The translations under genes and the position numbers were made by a program. A DNA stretch of 64,000 bases from Singulisphaera sp. Ch08 (GTDB lineage: Bacteria; Planctomycetota; Planctomycetia; Isosphaerales; Isosphaeraceae), in NCBI RefSeq assembly GCF_045290345.1, contig NZ_CP155447.1, positions 693,078 to 757,077 on the forward strand, written 5' to 3'. Every line of letters begins with the position of its first letter. Positions within the stretch are counted from its first letter, which is position 1. The notes beneath the pieces were generated by a model. That model worked only from the letters and a program-made list of their open reading frames with translations, was not told where the DNA came from and did not search any database. This document shows positions 19,422-28,348 of this stretch, in pieces.

Positions 19422-21007
19422 TGTTGATCGGATACGTGAGCGACGAGCAATATTCCGCCTTGCCCGACGTCTTGCTGGAGTTCGTCAAGGAAGGCGAATC
19501 ATGGGAGGCTCGTTCTCGTGCCAGTGGCGCCGTGCACGGCGACATCCCACCCGGTAACTACCTGGTCACCGTGGCCAAGCCGGGATTCGGCTCGAAACGG
19601 ATTGCCCTGTCCTTCCCCCGGAGTAAACCGTACCAGTTCCGCCTGCTCTCCGACGCCCTGCTGGGCTATGCCTGGCCAAAGTCCGTTCGAGGCGGCATGA
19701 GCGGCGAATTTCGCGTCCATTCCACCGAGCCGTATCAGCTCGAATTATGGCGTTACGGCCTGGAGAAGGAACACGTTTTATCCCTGGGGTGGCACGACGA
19801 GCATGCCCCGAGATCAGTCGTCCAGACAATACCCGATGGTGATTTCACCCAAGTCGGCGCAGGTTGGAATGGGGTGGGATACCAGAGTGCTCATCACTGG
19901 CAAAAGGTGGTGGCGCCTGACCGGTCAGGACTCTACTATTTCCACGCGTCCACCCCTTCCGGACAGTCGTTTACCTTTCCATGGGTCGTCGCACCGTCAA
20001 GGCCGCGGTCGCCGATCGCGGTCCTCGCCTCGGACATCACATGGAATTCCTACAACTCATTCGGCGGGCGCAGCAACTACATTCATGCGGACGCGCTTCC
20101 CACCACTCCGACGGTCTGCTCGCGAACCGAGCTGGCTCGTTATCTCGATGAAGAGTACCTGGGCTGGAATTGCCGATCTTATGCCCCGCTGTCATTCGAT
20201 CGCCCGGAGCCATTCAATCACGTCGATCTGAAAACAAGAGTCACTGATCCGATTTCCGGTCGAGCGGCCTGCCACCTCGCCCCCGCGGAGTGGAGGCTCC
20301 TGGGGTGGCTCGAGCGTGAAAAGTTCGCACACGACCTGTACAGCGAAACCCAACTCCACCACGGCGAGGTCGATCTGTCCGCCTACCGAGTCCTCATCCT
20401 GGGCGCGCATCCTGAGTATTGGACGCGGACGATGTACGACCGCGTGAAGTCCTGGGTCTTCAATGAGGGCGGACAACTCATGTACCTCGGCGGCAACGGA
20501 TTGAACTGCGAGGTCGAGTTGCGCGACGACCAGACGATGGTGGCCAACAACGGCCAAATTCGCAGCCTCTGGCCCGCGGGGATCGGCGCGGAGAGCCGCT
20601 TTGCCGTCCGCCACGAATCCGAAGCGCGATTGCTGGGAGTCGTCTTCGACCCCGCCGGCATCATGACGGCCGCCCCCTACCGAGTCATCTCGGCAGACCA
20701 CTGGGTTTTCGCCGGGACCGGCCTCGGCGAAGGCGACCTCTTCGGCGTGAACAGCCTGCATGAGCGATGCCCTGGAGGTGCCTCGGGACACGAGACCGAT
20801 AAGATTTCGCCGAATTCCCCGTCGAATGTCAAACTGCTGGCCAAGGGGCTCAACCCCGACGAGGGGGGCGCGGAGATGGCCATATTTGAAACCCCGTCCG
20901 GAGGATCCGTGTTCTCGGTCGGCTCAATCACCTACATCAGCTCACTGCTCTGCGACAGCGGTGTCTCACAGGTCACCGCCAATGTCGTGCGGCGATTCCT
21001 GGAATAG
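19421..21007 (+). CDS. Putative amidohydrolase resembling N,N-dimethylformamidase beta-subunit-like (DmfA2-like) proteins, with an N-terminal beta-sandwich.
   Basis: It overlaps the acylase stop in a TGATG arrangement. The N-terminus MLIGYVSDEQY...PGNYLVTVAKPGFG resembles a carboxypeptidase-regulatory-like domain. The block AVLASDITWNSYNSFGGRSNYIH resembles the conserved xxTxTWQAYN block of that family. The family assignment comes from memory and was not checked. Confidence 0.35.
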   Translation: MLIGYVSDEQYSALPDVLLEFVKEGESWEARSRASGAVHGDIPPGNYLVTVAKPGFGSKRIALSFPRSKPYQFRLLSDALLGYAWPKSVRGGMSGEFRVHSTEPYQLELWRYGLEKEHVLSLGWHDEHAPRSVVQTIPDGDFTQVGAGWNGVGYQSAHHWQKVVAPDRSGLYYFHASTPSGQSFTFPWVVAPSRPRSPIAVLASDITWNSYNSFGGRSNYIHADALPTTPTVCSRTELARYLDEEYLGWNCRSYAPLSFDRPEPFNHVDLKTRVTDPISGRAACHLAPAEWRLLGWLEREKFAHDLYSETQLHHGEVDLSAYRVLILGAHPEYWTRTMYDRVKSWVFNEGGQLMYLGGNGLNCEVELRDDQTMVANNGQIRSLWPAGIGAESRFAVRHESEARLLGVVFDPAGIMTAAPYRVISADHWVFAGTGLGEGDLFGVNSLHERCPGGASGHETDKISPNSPSNVKLLAKGLNPDEGGAEMAIFETPSGGSVFSVGSITYISSLLCDSGVSQVTANVVRRFLE

Positions 21008-21221
21008 CCGAATCCTCCGACAAAAAATTGCTCTCCACGCGGCCTTCCCTTGGACCGTTTCCGAGCTCAGCGTCACGAGCCGCTCGGCACTCCGATTTGG
21101 TTGGAATCCTTCGAACGGCTCGGTTTCACCTGGCTCGACGCCGTGACGTGATCGACAACAACAGCCCATCCGGCATCGACGGCTTACATCTTGTACGATT
21201 TTGAATAAGCTTCACCTCATG

Positions 21222-21340
21222 GAGTCTGTCGCAAGGGAACCGGGCCGCCTGTCTGCTCCGGAGGCCGAAATTCGCGGGAGAAACGCGTTCCCACGCAGAG
21301 CGTTGGAACGAGATCCCGGTATCCTTGCTACAATCTCACC
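21222..21340. repeat. REP-like repeat, family A, short variant.
   Basis: The sequence is GAGTCTGTCGCAAGGGAACCGGGCCGCCTGTCTGCTCCGGAGGCCGAAATTCGCGGGAGAAACGCGTTCCCACGCAGAGCGTTGGAACGAGATCCCGGTATCCTTGCTACAATCTC. Confidence 0.8.
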
Positions 21341-21834
21341 TCATGCCGGGAAATCATCGCATGACCAAGGGATTGCGACGTGACCATGAAGGACGGCTTC
21401 TCAGGACCAGGATATTGCTCACCCGATCCGGTCGTTCTATGATGATGACTTGCCTTGGCAAAACGAGTAATGAGCAGGGAAATACCCTGACCACTATTGC
21501 ATAACCACGTTATCTCCTAATCGAATTAAAGAGACCGATGCAGCCGATTCAGGGACGACAGTGTAACTCGCCAGATGTTCATCCCAATCCAATTGCCCAG
21601 CGGCAAGACACTCCGCATTGACAATGTGCCCGGAGCGTTCGACCGGTTGGTCATACCCGGCATCATTGACTACACGATTCGACGATAATCCGAGCGTGAT
21701 GATCGCGATAACGAGGGAAAGCGATGGTTGCGAACCAACCGTCATGAACGCCTCGCAAACGATCAAGGCCCGATGGCTCAAAACCCACTCGCGTTCCTGG
21801 GACTCCAGGAGTGATGGAAACAAATCGGGGACAC

Positions 21835-22773
21835 ATGAGGAACAGCATTCGCTACAAGGATCTCCAACTGGCGACGCTTCGGAGCTTCTGTGAGGTTGCG
21901 ACCCACGGCAATTTCACCGAGGCCAGTCGGCGGCTTCACCTTTCGGCCCCGACCGTCTGGCAGCAGGTGCGATCCTTGGAGCGCAAGCTGCAAGTGACGC
22001 TCGTGCGCCGTCAGGGGCGGACCGTCGTGCTCTCGGCCGAAGGCAAGCTGCTCTATGACTTGGTCCATTCTCATGTAGCCGGCCTGGATTCGCTGGTCCG
22101 ACTGTTCGAAGCCGGCCGAAGCGAATTGCCACAGCAGGTCACAATTGCCGCCACCCCCTATTTCGTCACGTATCATCTCCCTCAGGCGATCCAAGCCTTC
22201 GTCACCCGTTATCCAGCCGCTTGTTTAAATTTTATCATTTGCAGCTTTACCCAGGAGATCTTTCGGTCGGTGGAACGCGGCGAGGCCGACATCGGCATGA
22301 CGGTTCTCGATCACGATGACTCGCTTCCGGCTTCATTGAACTACGAGGAGCTCTTTTCACTCTCGTTGACGCTCCTGACGGTCCCACGGCATCCCCTGGC
22401 GCGAAAGCGAACCCTGACCCCTCTCGACCTGGTCAACTTTCCAATCATCATGCCTCCGACCGGGGGCGTCGATGCCCCCGCGATCGAAAGGCTCCTGCGG
22501 CGGCACAATCTTACCGACAAGATCCAGGTTGTCATGTGCACGAAAAATTTCGACATTATCATACGTTATGTCGGCCTGAACGTCGGAATTGCGCTCTGCC
22601 ACGTCGGCCCGAAGGCCTCAATGTGGATGCAAGGAGTCCATCTTCGTGAATTTGATCCCGCACTGCCTAAACTCCCGGCGGTCCTGGTGACCCGCAAGGG
22701 CGCTCACTCGCCTCCCCAGGTTCAGGAATGCCTCAACACGTTGAGACAGCTTTCCTCGTCGGCCGTGCCCTGA
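21835..22773 (+). CDS. LysR-family transcriptional regulator.
   Basis: The N-terminal HTH reads MRNSIRYKDLQLATLRSFCEVATHGNFTEASRRLHLSAPTVWQQVRSLERKL, followed by an LysR substrate-binding-like region. Confidence 0.85.
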   Translation: MRNSIRYKDLQLATLRSFCEVATHGNFTEASRRLHLSAPTVWQQVRSLERKLQVTLVRRQGRTVVLSAEGKLLYDLVHSHVAGLDSLVRLFEAGRSELPQQVTIAATPYFVTYHLPQAIQAFVTRYPAACLNFIICSFTQEIFRSVERGEADIGMTVLDHDDSLPASLNYEELFSLSLTLLTVPRHPLARKRTLTPLDLVNFPIIMPPTGGVDAPAIERLLRRHNLTDKIQVVMCTKNFDIIIRYVGLNVGIALCHVGPKASMWMQGVHLREFDPALPKLPAVLVTRKGAHSPPQVQECLNTLRQLSSSAVP

Positions 22774-22876
22774 ATTGCCCACGCCCCCCCTCCGACCGGG
22801 GGAGCGAGTTTCGTAAGGCTTCGCCGATCCCGTTTTTCCCTACGTCAACGCGATCGGTAATGGCATCATCATCGGC

Positions 22877-23130
22877 CTAGAGCGGTTTGCGGATGCGTTG
22901 CGCACGGTGGTTGGTCTCAAGACTCAGGAGCACGTGCGGAAACGGGGACTGGCTCCGGAGCGCAGCGGAGGTGCCTGTCCCCCTTTCCGCCGAGGCCGCC
23001 CGTGACGGCCCGGAAAATGGGGACAGGCACCCGGCCGCCAGGTCGTCCGGAAAAGCCGAGCATGGAGCGGGCCGGGAGCCAGTCCCCGTTTTCCTCCACC
23101 GTGCGCAATGCGATCGTAAACTGCTCTAAC
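22877..23130. mobile_element. MITE-like element, family B, copy 2, inserted inside a family-D repeat.
   Basis: Its terminal inverted repeats are CTAGAGCGGTTTGCGGATGCGTTGCGCACGGTGG ... CACCGTGCGCAATGCGATCGTAAACTGCTCTAAC. The internal segment is a palindromic rearrangement of the internal segment of the 11696 copy. Its flanks are contiguous in the uninterrupted D copy at 30541-30760. Confidence 0.7.
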
Positions 23131-23290
23131 CATTCCCGTAGGGTGGGCACGGCCCACCATCTTAAACTTCGCTTCGGCAAGGAGATAGGGATGGTGGGCC
23201 GTGCCCACCCTACGGGAAAAATCGGATTCTGGCCGCTAATCAATCATGAATCATTGATCAATTCATAACGGGTTAGGCGAAGCTTTACCC
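23131..23290. repeat. Family D palindromic repeat, 3' part. The 5' part is at 22825-22876, split by the MITE.
   Basis: It contains CCCGTAGGGTGGGCACGGCCCACCATC ... GATGGTGGGCCGTGCCCACCCTACGGG (perfect ~27 bp arms) and the tail GGCCGCTAATCAATCATGAATCATTGATCAATTCATAACGGGTTAGGCGAAGCTTTACCC. It matches 30541-30760. Confidence 0.75.
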
Positions 23291-23333
23291 TTTTTCTCTG
23301 GTTTCCTCCGTAGCGCATCATGCAACGGGCCAC

Positions 23334-26300
23334 TCACCGCGAGGCGGCCGGAACGCCCGCCGGCTTGAGCCGGGCCCCGTTGATCCAGTCGAGCAGCGTC
23401 TGGTACTCGGGCGAGCTCTTGGCCTCGAACCGGACGCCGCCGGAGTGGGCTTTTTTGGTCGGGTCGTTCTGGGCCTCGGCTTCCTCGGCGGCCTCCCAGG
23501 TTGGTTTGCCGAGGAGGAGGCTGTCGGCCGGGCTCGGGAGGTTGACGACCCGGAGCGCGGCCCGGAAGTTGGCGCGCACCGCCTGCGGTGACCACTTGCC
23601 GTCCTTGCCTGGGGCAACCATTTTGAGGATCGTGTGCGAGCGATGGCAACCGACGCAGCTTTGCCCGTCCTCACCCGCCGCGTTGAAGATCGGCAGGACC
23701 TTGGCCTCGAAGTAGGCCAGGTCGAGCAGATCGGCCGAGGCCCCCGCGCCACTCGATCGGCCGCCTGACTTCAGGAGCGCCGAGGCGATCTCCTTCTGGC
23801 GCTGGTTGTCGGTGCCCGTCAGCTCGCGCAGGCTCGCTTCGATGGCCGGGTTGGCCACCAGCTTCGGGTGCGTCTGAATCACCTCGAGCGCCTTCTCGCG
23901 GACACCGCTGTTCTCATCGACCACCCCGTTGCTGATCACTCCGATCAGTCGGAGGTCGGAGACATCCGCGTTCTTGGGAGAAACCGAGTTGAGCAGGCCG
24001 ATCCGATGCTGGGGCGAAGGGTCTTCCAGGGACTTACGCAACGCGGAGTCGGACACCTTGATCTTCGAGCCGAGTACGAGCCGGATCGCCGACACCCGCG
24101 CATCGACATCGGCATCGGCCAGGGCCTCGGCCACCTGGCTCCGGACCGAGCGGTCCGCCAGCAGTTTTGGGAACGCGGGCAAGGCCTTGAGCGCGGCGGC
24201 TCGGACCGTGGGGGCCTGGTCGTCCAGACGGTCCACCACGGCGTCCGACCGATCCGCCTCGGCCACGGGGCCCAGCCGGCTCAGAATGGCCAGGGCCGCC
24301 GCTTGCGCCTGGGGGGTCTGATTCTTCAACAGATCGTCAAGCAACGCCACCAGTTGAGCATCAGCCTGGCCCGGCTTGACCTTGAGCGGGAACTTCTCCG
24401 CCATCGTGCCGGCCCACTCGCGAACCGAGGTGTCGACATCTCCTTGCCGGGCAGTCACGGCCAGGGCCAGGGCCGGGGCACGATCGTCCCGAAGCGCCAC
24501 CAAGGCCTGAAGCGCCAGGCGGCGAATTGTGGGGTCGGGATCGGCCATCTGGCCGATCAGGGCTGCCGAAAACCGCGATTGGGCCTCGCCGTAGACAAGC
24601 ATCGGCTCCAGGTCGTTGCCGATCCGCCCGCCAAGAACCGGGCGTTCGTGGAACTCGGAGATGGCACGGAGAACCCCCTCGCGCTGGAGGGCATTGCCGT
24701 GGCCCAGGACCGCGACATACTTGTCCCCCAGGCGGTTCGACGTCGCGTGCTGCGCCTCGGTCGCGGTGTCTCGCCGCTCCTGGGTCGCCAGCGAAGGGAC
24801 CCAGTTGGTGTAGAGGTAACGAATATTCTCATCACCGATGATATAGAGAGCTTCAATCAAGTTGCGGCGAACCCAGGGGTGCCTGGGCTCGCTGAGCCTG
24901 GCGATGAGTTGATCCTCGATCCGGTTGCGCAAGGCGGAGTCAGCCTGCCAGTACCACCAGCGCCAGGCCCCTTTGATCGCCTGCAACTGGACCACCGGGT
25001 CGGAGTCATCCAGTCGCTCGAGCAGGGCATCGGCCAGCGAAAGCTCCTGCGAGAGGTCACGGAAGTGGGCCGCGAAGACGCGGGTGGCCCCGCGGCGAGT
25101 CCGGTCGTCGGGTGACCCGAGTGCCTCCTTCAAGGCCGAGACGAACCGGGTCTGTGCGATCGTCTCGCCCGGCTTGCGATTCGCGTTCAGACGATTGCCG
25201 ATCGAGCGGAGCGCTTCGGCCGAAGCGCGTTGCACAGCCTTGCTCTCATCGCCGAGCCGCGCGATCAGACCCGGGATCGCCGAGTCATCGCCGACCCGCC
25301 CCAGCGCCTCGCAAGTCGCGAGCCGGACCAGCGGACGCTCATCGCCCAGCCAAGCGAACAGGGCTTCACGCAGGGCAAGGGGAGGGGACTCCCAGATCTG
25401 CTCGAGGTCCCGGAGCGTGTGTGAAGGCGAGTCGGCCCGAAGGGTCTCGGGCTGAGGGCCGAGCGGGCCGTTCCATCCCTTGGTCCCGCCGGCTCCTGGG
25501 TAAATCCGTGAGAGCGAAAGCAAGGCCCACTGGGTCTCGCGGAACGGGGTCTGAAACTGTTCATAGGGGCTGATGTCGAGCCAGCCGCCGAAGTTCTTCT
25601 GCCTGAGCAAGAGCGCCACGACTCCCTTGCGGACGGCCGGGTGATCGGCGGGCAATCCGGCCAGCGAGAGAGCGTACAGGCTCTCGCCGGTCTGCATCTC
25701 GGTGATCGCATAATTGGGGTCGAACTTCACCGACCAGTGGCCGTTGTCTCGCTGAAGCGCGAGGAGCCGGTCGACGTTCGCCTTGATCTTGTCCGCGAAC
25801 TTCGCGGGATCAACCTGACAGAGCCCGATCGTCTGGGCGGCGAGGTCACGAGTGTTCGCCGGCTCACTGGTGGGAAGGAGCGTCGCGATCAGGTCACGGG
25901 TCTTGGCATAACGAGCGTCCCCCGTTCGGCGAACGAGCTCGTCGAGTTGTCGCCAGCTATCGGTGGCGACCTTGTATCGGCTGACCGGGTTGTTCCCATT
26001 CGACTCGTCAGGAGGTAAGTCCTTGCGGTCGTCGTAATAGAGTTTGAGAAACTCGGCGATGCCCCGATGCGTATTGTCTCGAGGGGGGCCGGCGATCAGA
26101 TTTTCCGAGTCCATCACGATCGTCGAGAGCCGCCCGAGTACGTTCGCGGGAGCGGGGATCATCCGCGCCCAGAGCGCCTCAGGGTGCCCATGGAACGGAA
26201 CCGGATTGTTCGAGAGCCGATCGAGCAGGAACCGGAGCGCAAACGGCTGCTCGATCTTGTAGCCTGAGCGTACCGCCCCCATCGCCGACTGGGTCGTGAA

Positions 26301-27317
26301 GTGGGTCGGGTGGCAGGCGATGCAGGTCGACGTCTCGTGGTGGGCGTTGGCGACTCGGTCCATCGGATGCCCCTTGCGGGGCGTGTTGGCGTGCCAGCTA
26401 TCGCCGGCGAGAAGCTGGAAGTCGAGCGCTGTCTTGACCGCTCTACGTGCCGACTCGGCGACCTTTCCAGGGTCGGCGGCGTCCTTCTGATCGAGGTAGG
26501 GGGGGACGTCGAACAGCTTGGTCCGAAGCCGATAATCGGGCTGGCAGGCGTCGACCATGACGTAGTACGTTCCCCGGGTCAGCATCCGGGTGGTGAATTT
26601 ATTCGCCCCAGGGCGCGGGGGCTTCTCGCGTTGGAGGCTCTGAGGATCGATCCCCGCCGTGTATTCGACCGGCTTCCCATCCTTGATCTGGTAGATCCGC
26701 ACGTCGGGGGGGACGTCTCGATCGATGAAGTCGAGCGCAAAGAAGGCGAGTTTGGGGGTCTCGGACGAATACGTGAAGGTGAACCAGTCCTGCCCGACGG
26801 CATTCTCGGCCTCAGTCGGCTGCTCACCAACCGGGAAATAAGGGCGATCGTCGGCCAGGCCGTGGACCGTCTGACCGAGGACCAAGGGGTTGGCCTGCTC
26901 GGGCCGGTCGTTGGGCTCGGCCTCGAAGCTCGCCCCGTCCTCGGCCGGTTCGCCGAGGTCGGCGACCCGAACTGCGAAGGGGACCGGCCTCGCCTCTGCC
27001 TCGGAAGCCTCGATCGTGATCCGGGCAGACGTCTGCGCCGGCTGGAGAATCGTCCAGACGATATCAGGATCGCCCAGGTGAAGCGTCTTGTTGAGCGTGG
27101 TCTCGCCGAAGGCCACCTTCACCGCAATCGGCGCGGTAGGGGCCAAGCGACCCGGCACTTTCAGCGCGATCGAGACCGAAAGTGTCCGGGGGGTCGGGGA
27201 CGCGGGGATCTCAACCGAGGCCGGACGGCCCGCCTGGATGTCGGCCTCAAGGGTGGGAAGCCCACTGGGATGAGCCCCCAAGACGACCGCGACCCAGCAT
27301 GCGAGGTTCACAAGCAT
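23334..27317 (-). CDS. Giant (1327 aa) secreted multidomain protein with a CxxCH site, a prenyltransferase/terpene-cyclase-like repeat region, a ~10-repeat HEAT (PBS-lyase-like) array and a C-terminal Planctomycete cytochrome-C (PSCyt1) domain.
   Basis: It has a signal-like N-terminus and CIACHPTHF. The repeat region reads VDRLLALQRDNGHWSV...FGGWLD. HEAT-like repeats include LVRLATCEALGRVGDDSAIPGLIARLGDESKAVQRASAEALRSIG. The C-terminus reads FEAKVLPIFNAAGEDGQSCVGCHRSHT...GGVRFEAKSSPEYQTLLDWI. The plus-strand ORFs 23868..25115 and 26301..27392 are shadows. Confidence 0.6.
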   Translation of the reverse strand: MLVNLACWVAVVLGAHPSGLPTLEADIQAGRPASVEIPASPTPRTLSVSIALKVPGRLAPTAPIAVKVAFGETTLNKTLHLGDPDIVWTILQPAQTSARITIEASEAEARPVPFAVRVADLGEPAEDGASFEAEPNDRPEQANPLVLGQTVHGLADDRPYFPVGEQPTEAENAVGQDWFTFTYSSETPKLAFFALDFIDRDVPPDVRIYQIKDGKPVEYTAGIDPQSLQREKPPRPGANKFTTRMLTRGTYYVMVDACQPDYRLRTKLFDVPPYLDQKDAADPGKVAESARRAVKTALDFQLLAGDSWHANTPRKGHPMDRVANAHHETSTCIACHPTHFTTQSAMGAVRSGYKIEQPFALRFLLDRLSNNPVPFHGHPEALWARMIPAPANVLGRLSTIVMDSENLIAGPPRDNTHRGIAEFLKLYYDDRKDLPPDESNGNNPVSRYKVATDSWRQLDELVRRTGDARYAKTRDLIATLLPTSEPANTRDLAAQTIGLCQVDPAKFADKIKANVDRLLALQRDNGHWSVKFDPNYAITEMQTGESLYALSLAGLPADHPAVRKGVVALLLRQKNFGGWLDISPYEQFQTPFRETQWALLSLSRIYPGAGGTKGWNGPLGPQPETLRADSPSHTLRDLEQIWESPPLALREALFAWLGDERPLVRLATCEALGRVGDDSAIPGLIARLGDESKAVQRASAEALRSIGNRLNANRKPGETIAQTRFVSALKEALGSPDDRTRRGATRVFAAHFRDLSQELSLADALLERLDDSDPVVQLQAIKGAWRWWYWQADSALRNRIEDQLIARLSEPRHPWVRRNLIEALYIIGDENIRYLYTNWVPSLATQERRDTATEAQHATSNRLGDKYVAVLGHGNALQREGVLRAISEFHERPVLGGRIGNDLEPMLVYGEAQSRFSAALIGQMADPDPTIRRLALQALVALRDDRAPALALAVTARQGDVDTSVREWAGTMAEKFPLKVKPGQADAQLVALLDDLLKNQTPQAQAAALAILSRLGPVAEADRSDAVVDRLDDQAPTVRAAALKALPAFPKLLADRSVRSQVAEALADADVDARVSAIRLVLGSKIKVSDSALRKSLEDPSPQHRIGLLNSVSPKNADVSDLRLIGVISNGVVDENSGVREKALEVIQTHPKLVANPAIEASLRELTGTDNQRQKEIASALLKSGGRSSGAGASADLLDLAYFEAKVLPIFNAAGEDGQSCVGCHRSHTILKMVAPGKDGKWSPQAVRANFRAALRVVNLPSPADSLLLGKPTWEAAEEAEAQNDPTKKAHSGGVRFEAKSSPEYQTLLDWINGARLKPAGVPAASR

Positions 27318-27439
27318 CGTAGACAGCTCCTGGTTAAATCACGACCCGATTCTATAGAATACGAGATTCTCCTGCTCGACTCAATCGCGTGATTCGTGAT
27401 CGCTGCGTTGAGCTCCTCGACACAGGGGCATCGGGCGGC

Positions 27440-28045
27440 TCAGCACTGGCGAACCTGGTCTTTGAGCTCCTCGATCTGCCGGCTCAACTGGTTGAGCTTT
27501 GCCATGAGCTCGTGGTGGTGGAGATCGACCTGCCTCGGATTCTTGCCCTCGACGGAGATCGAGCCGCCCGGTTCGAGCACACACCGATTGACTTCGCTCA
27601 GGCTGGTGAAACTCTGGCGGTGGAGGATCGTCATCAGTTCGGATTCGGTCACAAGTTCCTTGGCGAGCGCTTCGCGGACGATGCTTCCGTTCTCGATGAG
27701 GACGGTCGGTTCCCCTTGGATCAACTGGTCAAGGCGGCGATGTCCGAAGAGGAAACGAACCACCAGGTAGTTGGCCAGGAGCAGTGCCAACGCACCGATC
27801 AGGCCGCCGGCTACCGAGTTGTCGTTCCCGATAATGGCGTTCTGCACCGTGTTGGAGAGCGAGATCAAGACGACGAAGTCAAACGGGTTAAGTTGCACCA
27901 GTTCACGCTTGCCGAATACGCGGAGGCCGATGACCAGGAAGGCATAAACAATGACAGGGCGGAGCACTTTCTCGGCCAACGAGATCCCCGTCAACCACCA
28001 CATGTTGCGCCAGAGATCTTGCGACCAGAACCAGTGGAATGACAT
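27440..28045 (-). CDS. DUF421 (YetF-like) membrane protein.
   Basis: The translation reads ...LRPVIVYAFLVIGLRVFGKRELVQLNPFDFVVLISLSNTVQNAIIGNDNSVAGGLIGALALLLANYLVVRF..., matching the conserved YetF N-terminal pattern. Confidence 0.75.
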   Translation of the reverse strand: MSFHWFWSQDLWRNMWWLTGISLAEKVLRPVIVYAFLVIGLRVFGKRELVQLNPFDFVVLISLSNTVQNAIIGNDNSVAGGLIGALALLLANYLVVRFLFGHRRLDQLIQGEPTVLIENGSIVREALAKELVTESELMTILHRQSFTSLSEVNRCVLEPGGSISVEGKNPRQVDLHHHELMAKLNQLSRQIEELKDQVRQC

Positions 28046-28348
28046 TGCGAGAGCGCCCCGATCCCGAGAGGGTGAAAACTCGAACGTGGACGCTGACCGG
28101 CAGGGTCGACGCCAGATTGAAAGTACACGCCGGGTCGGTGGCCGTCGAGTTCGCCGCCCTGCTCATCATGAGGATTGTCTCCTCTTCCTCAGCCGCGACC
28201 TGAGAGCTTCACTCGCTTCCTCATTTCCCGTTCCCACACGAATTCTCAAGCGGGGACGATACCCATGAACGGGGACGAGCTATAGAATGTTAATGAGACG
28301 GGCAGCGAGTGCATTGCTTCAGGGGATCACGCCAAGCAGGAGGACATC

